A stretch of DNA of 64,000 nt. Origin: Patescibacteria group bacterium (GTDB lineage: Bacteria; Patescibacteriota; Saccharimonadia; UBA4664). The stretch covers positions 8,057-72,056 of the forward strand of contig JAQGHG010000010.1 in assembly GCA_028288925.1 (NCBI GenBank), in the 5' to 3' direction. The translations under genes were made by a program, and so were the position numbers. Under the pieces are notes generated by a model. It saw only the letters and a program-made list of their open reading frames with translations, made no database searches and was not told where the DNA came from. Numbering within the stretch: position 1 is the first letter of the stretch; each line of letters opens with the position of its first letter. This document shows, piece after piece, positions 38,990 through 48,653 of the stretch.

Positions 38990-39067
38990 TGAGATTGAGA
39001 TCCGCTTATGGTTGAACTTAGCATAACACGGAAGAAGCTTCCTTTAGCGGGATGGCAAGTTAGGAGC

Positions 39068-39493
39068 TCATTTGGCAAGCTTGCGGGCAAGGGCCCAGCC
39101 GATAACGAAATAGATACCATAGATGAGATAGAGCACGAAGGCGAGGATAGCGAGTTGGGCGGTGGTTTGGGTGCGCCCGAGATTGGTAAAGGTGAGAACC
39201 GAGGACGAGATGAGGGCCAGCGTGGTGGCGACACCGGTAGCTACCAGAATGGGCTTGCGGGCGCGACGTTTGCCGAGTGTAACCCATACCCAGGCGGCCA
39301 TGCCCAGCCCGTAAACGGCTAACGCCAACACCATAGTGACGATGAGCGCGGGCAGGTAGCTGTGGAAGACCGTGGTGAGGGGTAAATATCCCGGGAGGCG
39401 TCCGCTCAGCCAAAAAGCGCCCATACCCGCGGCAAAGGTGAAGAGGAACTGGATATCTGTACCTGAGAAGACCGATTGTTTGCCGACAGTCAT
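39068..39493 (-). CDS. 4-TM hypothetical membrane protein
   Basis: Four hydrophobic segments; AGGAG RBS. Confidence 0.65.
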   Translation of the reverse strand: MTVGKQSVFSGTDIQFLFTFAAGMGAFWLSGRLPGYLPLTTVFHSYLPALIVTMVLALAVYGLGMAAWVWVTLGKRRARKPILVATGVATTLALISSSVLTFTNLGRTQTTAQLAILAFVLYLIYGIYFVIGWALARKLAK

Positions 39494-39548
39494 ATAAAAG
39501 CGCTCCTGTTAGCTATACGTGCGATTATTACCCGTATAGCATAGCAGA

Positions 39549-40532
39549 TTATTTGCGCTTGATGAGCTCTTGGGCCTTGGCGGTGATATGCGGCGCGGTG
39601 AGGCCGAAGTGCTCCATGAGCTCGGCCGGGGTGCCGGATTCGCCGAAGTGGTCGAGCAGACCGATGCGGCTCATGGGGACGGGGTGATGGTCGGCCAGGG
39701 TCTCGGCCACGGCGCCACCGAGGCCGCCGGCGACCTGGGCTTCTTCGGCCGTCAGGACGGCGCCGGTCTTCTTGGCGCTGGCTACGATGGTGATAGTGTC
39801 GAGCGGCTTGACGACGGCCGCGTTGATGACCTCGGCTTCGATGCCTTGCTTGGACAGCGCTTCGGCGGCCACGAGCGCCTGGTACACCAGCGCGCCGCAC
39901 GCCACGATGGTGAGATCTGTGCCGGCGCGCAGCACTTGGGCCTTGGAGAGCGAGAATGGTGACTTGTCGGTGGTAATAACGGGTGATTTTTCGCGAGCCA
40001 AGCGCAGGTAGGCCGGGCCTTTGTGGCTAGCTAGCACTATGGTGGCTTTAGCCGCCTCGACGGCGTCGGCCGGCACTACCACCGTCATGTTGGGCAGCAC
40101 GCGCATGAGCGCGATGTCTTCGAGCATCTGGTGGGTGGCGCCGTCGGGCCCCACCGAGACGCCGGCGTGCGAGCCGACGATCTTGACGTTGGTCTGGTTG
40201 AGGCAGATGGTAGTGCGGATTTGTTCCCAGTTGCGGCCGGGCGAGAAAGCAGCGTAGCTAGAGACGAACGGCGTCTTCCCGGCCAGGGCCATGCCGGCGG
40301 CGACGGTCACGAGGTTTTGCTCGGCGATGCCGACTTCTACGAAGCGCTCGGGGTAGCTCTTGGCGAAATCATCCATCTTGGTGCTGATGGTGAGGTCGGC
40401 GCAGAGGGCCACAATGTCTTTGTCCTTGTGGGCGGCTTCAAGCAAACCGCGACCGAAGCCCATGCGGTTGGCTTCTTGTTTGACTTCCGGGCTGAGAAGA
40501 TCCGGGGCGAGATGTTGTTGCGGGTCGATCAT
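39549..40532 (-). CDS. Transketolase, C-terminal subunit
   Basis: GIAEQN, GPDGATHQ, GPAYLRL and GGLGGAVAE motifs. Confidence 0.95.
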   Translation of the reverse strand: MIDPQQHLAPDLLSPEVKQEANRMGFGRGLLEAAHKDKDIVALCADLTISTKMDDFAKSYPERFVEVGIAEQNLVTVAAGMALAGKTPFVSSYAAFSPGRNWEQIRTTICLNQTNVKIVGSHAGVSVGPDGATHQMLEDIALMRVLPNMTVVVPADAVEAAKATIVLASHKGPAYLRLAREKSPVITTDKSPFSLSKAQVLRAGTDLTIVACGALVYQALVAAEALSKQGIEAEVINAAVVKPLDTITIVASAKKTGAVLTAEEAQVAGGLGGAVAETLADHHPVPMSRIGLLDHFGESGTPAELMEHFGLTAPHITAKAQELIKRK

Positions 40533-40572
40533 GATCTTATGATACGGTTCTCGGGCCGAAAAGACAAAATAG

Positions 40573-40986
40573 TTATGCTCTGTCGCTAGCAGAGGAGGCT
40601 GTGCGGGTACGAAGAACCTGCTTGATGTGGCGCAAATCGGTCCGGACTATGGCGCTGTCCCCCTCTAGGCGGTCGAGACGGTCTTCGATGTGATCAAAAT
40701 GATCATCCACCGCCTGCATAGCAGGATTAAAGTTCTCGTCTATAAAACTCTGGAATTGCTCTAGCACCTGATTGGTGCTTTCTTGGATCATGTGTCTCGT
40801 ATGACCGCGCTCTACTTGAAACATCTGCTCGGTGTGTTGGCGCTCAGCACGGAGCAGTTGCCCGGTGTGTTGGCGTTCTAATTGGAGCATTTGTGCGGTG
40901 TGCTCACGTTCCGCAATGAAACGTTCATCGAGGCCCTCATCAATCACTTTTTTGATATCTTCGAGCGTGAAATCGACCGTCGGCAT
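40573..40986 (-). CDS. Coiled-coil protein with 11-aa repeats (MxTVDFTL family, paralog B)
   Basis: MPTVDFTLEDIK; four ERxHTxxMxxx units; C-terminal heptads. Confidence 0.8.
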   Translation of the reverse strand: MPTVDFTLEDIKKVIDEGLDERFIAEREHTAQMLQLERQHTGQLLRAERQHTEQMFQVERGHTRHMIQESTNQVLEQFQSFIDENFNPAMQAVDDHFDHIEDRLDRLEGDSAIVRTDLRHIKQVLRTRTASSASDRA

Positions 40987-41033
40987 AGAGGACCCCCTTA
41001 TTCATTCCCAGTATATTGCTCACCTTCGCACTT

Positions 41034-41062
41034 ATACTACCGAACAAAAACCGATACTACAA
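41034..41062 (-). promoter_or_regulatory. Sigma70-like promoter with degenerate LexA-type box in the spacer
   Basis: TTGTAG-17-TAGTAT; TACCGAACAAAA identical to the site at 7574-7585 and at the same distance from the ATG. Confidence 0.5.
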
Positions 41063-41090
41063 TCTTTTTTATGAAGCCGAGGCCGGGGCT

Positions 41091-41954
41091 TTATTCGTGC
41101 TCGGAGCGGATTTGGCCGCCGAGGGTGCGGAGCTCGTGCAGGGCGATGCGGGCTTGATCGGCGGCGGGCGGCGCGCCGGGCACATTGGCAAAGTAGCCGT
41201 GCCAGTGGTAATCGTATTGCATGTAATCGACGCCTTTGCCGGGGATGGTGTGGGCGATGATGACGGTGGGACGCTCGACAATGGCCTTGGCCAGATTGCA
41301 GGCGCTAATGATGGCGTCCATGTTGTGGCCGTCGATCTCGATGACGTGCCAGCCGAAGGCGGCGAACTTTTGCGCCACGTCGCCCAGGGGCATGACGCGC
41401 TCGGTGGGGCCGTCGATCTGGATGTTGTTGCGGTCGACGATTACTGTGAGGTTAGTGAGCTTCTTGGCGGCAGCGAACATGGCGCCTTCCCAGATATTGC
41501 CTTCGTCGAGCTCGCCGTCGCCGGTGATGCAATAGACGCGGCCGCGAGAGCCGTCCATACGCAAAGCCAGGGCCATGCCGGCGGCCTGGCTGAGGCCCGA
41601 GCCGAGCGGGCCGGAGGTGGTTTCGAGGCCGGGCAGGCGCACCCGCTCGGGATGGCCCTGGAGGCGCGAGCCAAATTTGCGCAAGGTTTTGAGCTCGCTC
41701 ACCGGAAAGTAGCCGGCGCGGGCCATGGTGGCGTAGCGCACAGGCACGGTGTGGCCGTTTGAGAGCACCAGGCGGTCACGGCCGGGCCACTCCGGCTGCT
41801 TGGGCCGGTGCTCCATGACCTCGAAGTAGAGGGCGGTAAAGATATCGGCTAGGCCAAGCGGACCGGCGCTGTGACCGCTCCCCGCTTCCACCAGCATCTT
41901 GATGATGTCTTCGCGGATTTCGTTGGCTTGGAGTTCTAATTGCTTGTGCGTCAT
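41091..41954 (-). CDS. Transketolase, N-terminal subunit
   Basis: AGSGH, RDRLVLSNGH, LQGHP, GDGELDEG and TIPGKG motifs. Confidence 0.95.
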   Translation of the reverse strand: MTHKQLELQANEIREDIIKMLVEAGSGHSAGPLGLADIFTALYFEVMEHRPKQPEWPGRDRLVLSNGHTVPVRYATMARAGYFPVSELKTLRKFGSRLQGHPERVRLPGLETTSGPLGSGLSQAAGMALALRMDGSRGRVYCITGDGELDEGNIWEGAMFAAAKKLTNLTVIVDRNNIQIDGPTERVMPLGDVAQKFAAFGWHVIEIDGHNMDAIISACNLAKAIVERPTVIIAHTIPGKGVDYMQYDYHWHGYFANVPGAPPAADQARIALHELRTLGGQIRSEHE

Positions 41955-42003
41955 ACCATAAGCATAATCATAAATTACGATTTTGGCGATGGGGTTCGCG
42001 GGG

Positions 42004-42642
42004 TTAGCTCGTACCTTCGGCGATGGCCTGGACGGCGATGTAGGCGATTTCGGGATCCTCGGCGTCGTGGATGAAGCTGCCGACATCTAGCAGGTTGGCG
42101 CCGGCTTCGATGGCTTGGCGGGCGGTCACTTGGTTGAGGCCGCCGTCGACGGCTATCTCGAGGTCGGGACTGATGGCGCGGGCCTGGGCGATCTTCTCCA
42201 GGCAGTCGGCGCGGAATTCGCCGCCGTTGTGGCCGAGCTTGCCGGTAAAGACCACTAAATGATCGATGGTGGGCAGGATGTCGCGGACTTGCTCGATGGT
42301 AGTCTCGACATTCACCGCCAAACCGACCTTGATGTCGACAGACCGGAGTTCCTTGGCAAAGGCTTGATGGTCGAACGGCGCCTCGAAGTGAGTGATGACG
42401 AGTTCGGGCTGCAGCGCGCAGATATCTTCGAAGTGGCCTTCGGGATGGTTCATCATGAGGTGGAGATCGAACGGCACGCCGTCGATGTCGTAGATTTGGC
42501 TGAGGCCGACGGTTTTGACGTCGGTGAAGACGCCGTCGCCCACATCGATGTGCAGGCGCGTCGCGAAGGGTTTGACGTTGTTGATGCGGCGGGCGTAGTC
42601 CTCGGGCGTGGTGGCGTTGATGGTGGGTGCGACACTAGCCAT
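42004..42642 (-). CDS. rpe: Ribulose-phosphate 3-epimerase
   Basis: LHIDVGDGVF, DLHLM and AVDGG motifs. Confidence 0.9.
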   Translation of the reverse strand: MASVAPTINATTPEDYARRINNVKPFATRLHIDVGDGVFTDVKTVGLSQIYDIDGVPFDLHLMMNHPEGHFEDICALQPELVITHFEAPFDHQAFAKELRSVDIKVGLAVNVETTIEQVRDILPTIDHLVVFTGKLGHNGGEFRADCLEKIAQARAISPDLEIAVDGGLNQVTARQAIEAGANLLDVGSFIHDAEDPEIAYIAVQAIAEGTS

Positions 42643-43078
42643 AGAGCTGCTCGATTTGATCAAGGCGGTGCTGATATTTGGGACTTTTGGAAAATTCGGT
42701 GGCCAGCCAGGCGTCGGCGGCCTTGATACAGTCTTCTTGTTTGGTGTAGAGAGGCGCTAGTACGAGCACGTTGACGTCATCGTCGCGGCGCGCGTGAGCC
42801 GCCACTTCTTCGTTCCAGGCGATGGCGGCGCGGATGCCACCGATGCGATTGGCAGCGATGGCCATCCCCTGCCCCGATTTGCACATGAGGATGCCGAGGC
42901 TGTCGTCTTCGCCCAGGACTTTGCTGGCTACAGCGAAGGCGTATTGGGGGTAATTGTCGAGGGGATCGTAGGTGTGGGCGCCGAGATCTTCGATATCGTG
43001 CCCAGCTTGGGCAAGATGCTCTTTTAGGACCTTTTTGAGTTCGTAGCCGCCATGATCGGCGCCCAAATAGATTTTCAT
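42635..43078 (-). CDS. rpiB: Ribose-5-phosphate isomerase B
   Basis: GADHGG and CKSGQGMAIAANR..GIRAA motifs. Confidence 0.93.
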   Translation of the reverse strand: MKIYLGADHGGYELKKVLKEHLAQAGHDIEDLGAHTYDPLDNYPQYAFAVASKVLGEDDSLGILMCKSGQGMAIAANRIGGIRAAIAWNEEVAAHARRDDDVNVLVLAPLYTKQEDCIKAADAWLATEFSKSPKYQHRLDQIEQLYG

Positions 43079-43207
43079 TGGTTGGCTTTTTTTACTACAT
43101 TCACCTTATAGGCTGGCTTTTGTTCCCGCAAGTTTGGCCCGGGCGGGTAGGTGCCCTCACATCGAGTAGTATCAACATACGAGTACCTATGCTAATGAGG
43201 AGCTCCC

Positions 43208-43546
43208 ATGCGCCGGCCATCCCGTTTCCCGCAACCGCTAGATACGAAGCAATTCTATATTTTGCTAGCGTTGAGCCTAGAACCAATGCATGGCTACGCG
43301 GTTCACGAGCAAATCCTAACAGATACTAAGGGAACGTTTTATTTTTACCCGGCCTCGCTCTACCGGCTCCTGGTGGAATTGAGCAAGCAGGGGCTAGTGG
43401 AAGTGGTGCGCCAAGAGCGCGGTCTAGGCGGCGTAGGGGCTACCCGGACGGTTTATCGCCTTACCGGGCAGGGTCGTCGCATGCTCAAATCCGAGGGCGT
43501 CCAATGGCAAGACGCCGGACGCCTAGCGGCCCGCAGAGTACCTTAG
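43208..43546 (+). CDS. PadR family transcriptional regulator
   Basis: ILLAL..PMHGY, SLYRLL and R.VYRLTGQG motifs. Confidence 0.88.
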   Translation: MRRPSRFPQPLDTKQFYILLALSLEPMHGYAVHEQILTDTKGTFYFYPASLYRLLVELSKQGLVEVVRQERGLGGVGATRTVYRLTGQGRRMLKSEGVQWQDAGRLAARRVP

Positions 43547-44553
43547 GCGATAGTCTTGCCGACGTTGATGACCTGCTCGACGAGGCGGTTGGAGTAGCCC
43601 CATTCGTTGTCGTACCAGGCCACAACCTTGAGCAGGTTGCCGCCGACGACATTGGTGAGCGCCAGGTCGACGATGCCGGAGTGCGGGTTGCCGATGAAGT
43701 CGGAGCTGACGAGCGGCTCGCTGGTCACATCTAGCACGCCCTGGAACCGAGGCTCTTTGGTGGCGGCCACGAGGGCTTTGTTGACCTCTTCGATGGTGAC
43801 GTCCTTGCTGGTGACGAACGTAAAGTCGGACAGCGACACCACGGGCGTAGGTACGCGCACGCTCAGGCCGTCGAACTTGCCTTTGAGCGCCGGGAAGGCC
43901 TTGGCCGCGGCGGTGGCAGCGCCGGTGCTGGTGGGTACGATGTTTTCGGCGGCGTTGCGGCCTTCGCGCACGTCCTTGGAGGGCGCGTCTTGCAGGGCTT
44001 GGCTGGCGGTGTAGCTGTGGATGGTGGTCATCATGGCCTTTTCGATGCCGAATTTCTCCTCGATGACGACCGCCACGGGCGTGATGCAGTTGGTGGTGCA
44101 GGAGGCATTGGAGATGACGGTGTCGCCGGGCGTGAGGTCGTGCTCGTTGACGCCGATCACGAAGGTGCCGGCGCCTTCGCCCTTGGCCGGGCCGGAGATT
44201 ACCACCCGCTGCGCCCCGGCGGTGAGGTGTTTGCTGGCGTCTTCGTATTTGGTGAAGCGGCCGGTGGATTCGATGACGATATCAATGCCAAGATCTTTCC
44301 AGGGCAGGAGGGCCGGGTCTTTTTCGGCTGTCACTTGGATTTTGTGACCGTCTACAATGATGTGCTGGTCGTCGTGCCCGACCTCTTCGTGATAGGTGCC
44401 GTAATTGGAATCGTGCTTGAGGAGATAGGCCAGTGTATCGGTGCTGGTGAGGTCGTTGACGGCCACGACCTCGAGTCCGGGGTGGTTCATAGCGATCTTG
44501 AAGGCATTGCGCCCGATCCGTCCAAAGCCGTTGATAGCGATTTTGTAACTCAT
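43543..44553 (-). CDS. gap: Type I glyceraldehyde-3-phosphate dehydrogenase
   Basis: INGFGRIGR, SNASCTTNC and WYDNEWGY motifs. Confidence 0.98.
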   Translation of the reverse strand: MSYKIAINGFGRIGRNAFKIAMNHPGLEVVAVNDLTSTDTLAYLLKHDSNYGTYHEEVGHDDQHIIVDGHKIQVTAEKDPALLPWKDLGIDIVIESTGRFTKYEDASKHLTAGAQRVVISGPAKGEGAGTFVIGVNEHDLTPGDTVISNASCTTNCITPVAVVIEEKFGIEKAMMTTIHSYTASQALQDAPSKDVREGRNAAENIVPTSTGAATAAAKAFPALKGKFDGLSVRVPTPVVSLSDFTFVTSKDVTIEEVNKALVAATKEPRFQGVLDVTSEPLVSSDFIGNPHSGIVDLALTNVVGGNLLKVVAWYDNEWGYSNRLVEQVINVGKTIA

Positions 44554-44720
44554 GTGTTGGTTTTGCCTTATTATTCTTTATTACCATATAAGCTCAGGCG
44601 GTTTCGGGCAAGGGGTACAAACGTGACGCAACCCCGACCACCCAGCGCAGAGCGCGGGACAGTCAGGGTCTGGGCGGATGGGGACGGTTCGCTCGGCGGG
44701 GAGCCGAGCAACGGGTGCCG

Positions 44721-44876
44721 TTAAGCACCGAGATGGTTGACGAACTGCGCTAGCGATGTACCGGCTACAGCCAGCGCCCTGAAGGCGTTGTTGACCACGC
44801 CGGCCGCGTTCGTCGGTTGGCTGAGCAGGTAGAAGATTACGAAGGCGAGAGCCACGTAGCGAAGGTTCTTCTTCAT
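44721..44876 (-). CDS. 51-aa membrane micro-protein (not in ORF track)
   Basis: GAGAGGAGG RBS; MKKNLRYVALAFVIFYLLSQPTNAAGVVNNAFRALAVAGTSLAQFVNHLGA. Frame taken from the ORF-track translation of the overlapping frame, because the printed line at 44821 appears to carry one extra base. Confidence 0.75.
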   Translation of the reverse strand: MKKNLRYVALAFVIFYLLSQPTNAAGVVNNAFRALAVAGTSLAQFVNHLGA

Positions 44877-44956
44877 CGGTTTTCCTCCTCTCCGAGAGGC
44901 GATGCCCTGGATGCCGTATTATTACTATCCTATATATTCGATATAAAAGCAAGACT

Positions 44957-45469
44957 CTAACGAGCGGCCGGCTCACCATTTTGGAGGTATATCGTGGTAT
45001 CGTGATCGTAGGCTTCGAGCATCTGGCGGAAGCGGTCTTTGAGGCGGTCGGAGATAAGTTCTTGGGCTTGCTGGCGGGTGGCCCAGCGGTGGTCGGAGAT
45101 CTCGTACTCTTCGAGCTTGAGCTCGCGCTCTTGCCGGCGGTCGACATGCGCCGCGAAGGTAAATACGAGGTTGCCGTTGGGGGTGCGGCGGCGGAAGAAG
45201 TCGACGCCGAGGAGGCGGAAACCGGTGGGCGCGAGGCCGACTTCTTCCGCTACCTCGCGCTTGGCAGCTTCTAGTGGCGACTCAGCGTCGTCGGTGGTGC
45301 CCACGGGGTATTCCCAATCCCCCCGCCAGCGGTGCTTGATGAGCAGAATGCGTCCGTCTTCGTTAAAGATAATGGCGCCGGCCGCCACCCACTTGGAGCC
45401 GTGGAGCAGAACCCAGAGATTGCGGTAACGGTAGCGGGAAAAGTATTTAAGCCTTCTTATAAGCTGCAA
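44957..45469 (-). CDS. NUDIX hydrolase
   Basis: WEYPVG...ESPLEAAKREVAEEVG. Confidence 0.9.
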   Translation of the reverse strand: MQLIRRLKYFSRYRYRNLWVLLHGSKWVAAGAIIFNEDGRILLIKHRWRGDWEYPVGTTDDAESPLEAAKREVAEEVGLAPTGFRLLGVDFFRRRTPNGNLVFTFAAHVDRRQERELKLEEYEISDHRWATRQQAQELISDRLKDRFRQMLEAYDHDTTIYLQNGEPAAR

Positions 45470-45971
45470 TTGACTCTTCTATGACTTTCCGGGCGGCGGC
45501 GGCATCGCCCCAGCCGTTAAAGCTGACGTCGGCGCCTTTCCAGCCCTTCTTCCAATCTTTGTAGTGCGAGTAGAAGTGGGTGACGACTTTTTGGAAGTTT
45601 TCGCCGAGGTCGGCGAGGTCTTTGATGTGGTCTTTGCTGACGTCGTCCACGGGTACACAAACGAGCTTTTCGTCGCGCTCGCCGTCGTCGATCATGTAGA
45701 GCACGCCGATGGCGCGGCTCGGGACTACCACGCCGTGCGGCACGGATTCATCGATCACCAGCAGCGCGTCGAGCGGGTCGCCGTCTTCGCAGAGCGTCTC
45801 GGGCAAGTAGCCGTAATCGGCCGGATAGCCCAGCATGGTGCCGTTGACGCGGTCGAGGAAGAGCGCGCCGGAGGCTTTGTCGACTTCGTATTTGTTGCGC
45901 TCGCCGCGGCGAATCTCGATAACGACATTAACAACTTCGGGGGCGTCTTTGCCCAAAGGGATGGTATTCAC
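45447..45971 (-). CDS. ppa: Family I inorganic pyrophosphatase
   Basis: NKYE, YPADYG, DGDPLD and DEK motifs. Confidence 0.95.
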   Translation of the reverse strand: MNTIPLGKDAPEVVNVVIEIRRGERNKYEVDKASGALFLDRVNGTMLGYPADYGYLPETLCEDGDPLDALLVIDESVPHGVVVPSRAIGVLYMIDDGERDEKLVCVPVDDVSKDHIKDLADLGENFQKVVTHFYSHYKDWKKGWKGADVSFNGWGDAAAARKVIEESIAAYKKA

Positions 45972-46147
45972 GGAAATCTCCAGGATTTATTGGTTGGGGC
46001 TATTGTACCACGGCCGGGCTGGCCGGCTGACCTTGGGCGTTTTGATGAACCCCCTTGCTGCCATGGCGGAAGTATTGGAAGAACAACCATTACGGCAAGC
46101 GTGGCGTGGCGCTATTCTGGGTAAGCAATTAAGTGAGGAGTAACACT

Positions 46148-46411
46148 ATGCTTTGGACTATTATTACTTGGATCGTCTTGGGCGCGCTGGCCGGCTGGAT
46201 CGCCTCGATGATTACCGGCACGGAGGCGCGAGTAAACGGCTGGATGAACGTCGTGGTCGGTGTGATCGGCGCGTTTGTCGGAGGTTTGGTGCTACAGCTA
46301 CTGGGAGCGGGAACACCGAGCGGGTTTAACTTGGCCAGCCTGCTCACGGCCATCTTGGGCGCCGTGATCTTGCTCTCGCTGGTGCGGGCGTTCCGCCGCG
46401 ACACTCTGTAG
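46148..46411 (+). CDS. GlsB/YeaQ/YmgE transglycosylase-associated membrane protein
   Basis: WIVLGALAGWIAS, VVGVIGAFVGG and AILGAVILL motifs. Confidence 0.92.
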   Translation: MLWTIITWIVLGALAGWIASMITGTEARVNGWMNVVVGVIGAFVGGLVLQLLGAGTPSGFNLASLLTAILGAVILLSLVRAFRRDTL

Positions 46412-46474
46412 CGCTGGTCGCACGCCACGATAAAATAACCTGCCATTGGGCAGGTTATTTTGTATATCCCGGTG

Positions 46475-46726
46475 CTACGCGAGCTTGAGTTCTTTTACCA
46501 ATTGGGGCTGGTTAAAGCCGAGGATGCCGACTTTGCTGTCATCGTCGTGGGTGATGACGGTAAACGGCACGCCCATTTGGCCGGACATCTTCATCATCTC
46601 TTCGGCGGCTTTGGGATCGGTTTCGACGTTGAGGTCCTGATACGGTACGCCTTTTTCGTCGAGGAATCGTTTTTCGGCCCGGCAAAAGCCGCACCAGCTA
46701 GTGGAATAGATTGTTACTTTTGGCAT
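46475..46726 (-). CDS. Glutaredoxin/NrdH-like protein
   Basis: YSTSWCGFC, SGQMGVP and GF motifs. Confidence 0.92.
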   Translation of the reverse strand: MPKVTIYSTSWCGFCRAEKRFLDEKGVPYQDLNVETDPKAAEEMMKMSGQMGVPFTVITHDDDSKVGILGFNQPQLVKELKLA

Positions 46727-46772
46727 AGGTATCTCCTTACCTCTACTATACCAAGTATAGCAAGCGTACGTC

Positions 46773-47408
46773 TTATGGCGTGGAGGGACCGGTGGCGTCA
46801 CCGAGCACCTGGCCGGCGGGCGGGGTGGGGACCGGAAGCGGAGAAGGGGCGGGAAGCCCGACGTTTGGCGTAGGCACGGGCGCGTCAGGTAGAACTATGG
46901 GCAGCGGTAGGGGCGATGGTACCGGGAGCGCATTTGAAACCACCGGAGGAATAAGTGGCGCGGGTTTGAGCGCGGGGCGGTTGGCCACGGGCCGCCGCGG
47001 CCGCAAGGCTGGTTTTAGCGGGGCCGCTGCTACCGTGGTACTGCCCTCGGCTGAAGGCGCCGGCGCCGGGGATAGCGTGGGGCTGGGTGGGTTGAGGCTG
47101 CGCACAACGGTGGACGAGGCGGGCGCGGGAGCGACAGACCACGGCGGCCGCCAGAGGTGCGCCACCGCCCGGCCGCCCGCGAATAGCAACGCCATGACCC
47201 CGCCCACGATGAGAATAATGACGGCCCTGGGCATGTGACGGCGCAGGAACTCTTGGCGGAGCTTGATAGCACTGGTGATTTTTTGCAGGTCGTGAGGCGC
47301 CAGATAGCGCCGGAGCTGGTCCATGGGCACGCGCAACCGGCGACCGTCAGTAAACGAAAGTAACACGGTTTGGTCTGTCTCGATGCTATAGTTTGCTAAT
47401 TCGCTCAT
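46773..47408 (-). CDS. Single-TM protein with Pro-rich extracellular tail
   Basis: TM followed by a P/A/S-rich region ending GQVLG; TAACAT 6 nt upstream of the ATG. Confidence 0.7.
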   Translation of the reverse strand: MSELANYSIETDQTVLLSFTDGRRLRVPMDQLRRYLAPHDLQKITSAIKLRQEFLRRHMPRAVIILIVGGVMALLFAGGRAVAHLWRPPWSVAPAPASSTVVRSLNPPSPTLSPAPAPSAEGSTTVAAAPLKPALRPRRPVANRPALKPAPLIPPVVSNALPVPSPLPLPIVLPDAPVPTPNVGLPAPSPLPVPTPPAGQVLGDATGPSTP

Positions 47409-47469
47409 ACCAATATGTTACCACTTACGTTTTCGGGGATAATTTGGAGATAATCACAACTTTTGAGCC

Positions 47470-47634
47470 TTAATTGGAGATTTTATAGGCTAACCAGAGC
47501 CCAATGAACCCACCGGCCATGCTTAGCACAATCCCCCACCCCGAGAGGTCATTGCCGCCCCAAAGTCCGGGCAGCAGGCCACCGATGGTGCCGCCGATAC
47601 CGGCGAACAGGAGGTAGAGGCCGCGTTTGTTCAC
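47470..47634 (-). CDS. 54-aa Gly-rich 2-TM micro-protein (not in ORF track)
   Basis: MNKRGLYLLFAGIGGTIGGLLPGLWGGNDLSGWGIVLSMAGGFIGLWLAYKISN; GTG 2 nt after the upstream stop. Confidence 0.75.
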   Translation of the reverse strand: MNKRGLYLLFAGIGGTIGGLLPGLWGGNDLSGWGIVLSMAGGFIGLWLAYKISN

Positions 47635-47636
47635 CG

Positions 47637-48653
47637 CTATGACACCAGGTTTTCGGGCTTGCCGGCGGTAAATGCCAGGATGTTTGCCACGGATGTACCG
47701 CGAATGCGGCCCAAGGCTTCGGCGCTGTTGTAGGCGTTGTGGCTGGTAACGAGCACATTTGGCATCTTGGTTAGAGTGTCGATACCAAGGACGGCCCGGG
47801 CCGGCTCGTCGATATGATGCCCCTGAAGCAGCTGGATTTCGGAGGAGATCTGGAGAAATTCTTCGCCTTCCACCACATCGAGCCCGGCTCCGCCGACCTG
47901 GCCACTCTCAAGGGCCTCGATGAGCGCCGGCGTGTCGATGAGCTCGCCCCGGGCCGTATTTACAATGAAGGCCCCGGGCTTCATCTGGGCGAATTCCCGA
48001 GCGCCGAGGAGGTGGTGTGTCTCGGGAGTAGCGGGCGCGTGAAGCGTAAGGCAATCGGCTCGCGCGAGTAATTCTTTGAGCGGCAAGTACTCGTAGCCGA
48101 GCTCGCGCGCGGCCGCCTCATTGGGATATGGATCATAGGCCACTACTTTCATTCCGAAACCAAGACCAATGCGCGCGGCATGGCGACCGATCCGGCCGGT
48201 ACCGATAATGCCGAGCGTCTTGCCCGCGAGGTCGTGGCCGGTGAGTTTGGACGGCACGATGTCTCCAAACCGGGTGGCGTGAGCCGTGCGCATAAGCCGG
48301 CGCGAGACCGCCAGCAACAGCAGGAAGCTGTATTCGGCGACGGTGGCCTCGCCGTAGCCCGGCACGGTGGAGACAGTGATCTGGTGCGACTTGGCATAGG
48401 CGAGGTCCACATGGTCGAAGCCCGTACTGCGGCAGGCGATATGACGCAGATCCGGCATTTGCTTCATGGCCCCGGCCGTTACTTGGCTCGAAACATGCAC
48501 CGACAGGATCGTGGCGGAAGCGGCGAGATGGGCCGTGTCGGGTCTGAGGCCTTGGTCGGTAAAGACGAGTTTGTAATCCGAACCGAGCGCCTCCTGGAAA
48601 TGGGCCTGATCGGGCGCGTAGGCGTCGTAGAAGGCTATGGTGGGCTTAGCCAC
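47637..48653 (-). CDS. D-isomer 2-hydroxyacid (D-lactate) dehydrogenase
   Basis: RSTGFDHVD, GIIGTGRIG, NTARG, LDVVEGE and TSHNAY motifs. Confidence 0.9.
   Translation of the reverse strand: MAKPTIAFYDAYAPDQAHFQEALGSDYKLVFTDQGLRPDTAHLAASATILSVHVSSQVTAGAMKQMPDLRHIACRSTGFDHVDLAYAKSHQITVSTVPGYGEATVAEYSFLLLLAVSRRLMRTAHATRFGDIVPSKLTGHDLAGKTLGIIGTGRIGRHAARIGLGFGMKVVAYDPYPNEAAARELGYEYLPLKELLARADCLTLHAPATPETHHLLGAREFAQMKPGAFIVNTARGELIDTPALIEALESGQVGGAGLDVVEGEEFLQISSEIQLLQGHHIDEPARAVLGIDTLTKMPNVLVTSHNAYNSAEALGRIRGTSVANILAFTAGKPENLVS

Noticed and set aside
43100-43207. Same operator upstream of the first PadR gene
   Set aside because: No match to the TATATGTCG palindrome found there.
44581-45147. 188-aa ORF upstream of gap
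   Set aside because: It overlaps the NUDIX gene out of frame; the 51-aa ORF with a strong RBS explains the region better.
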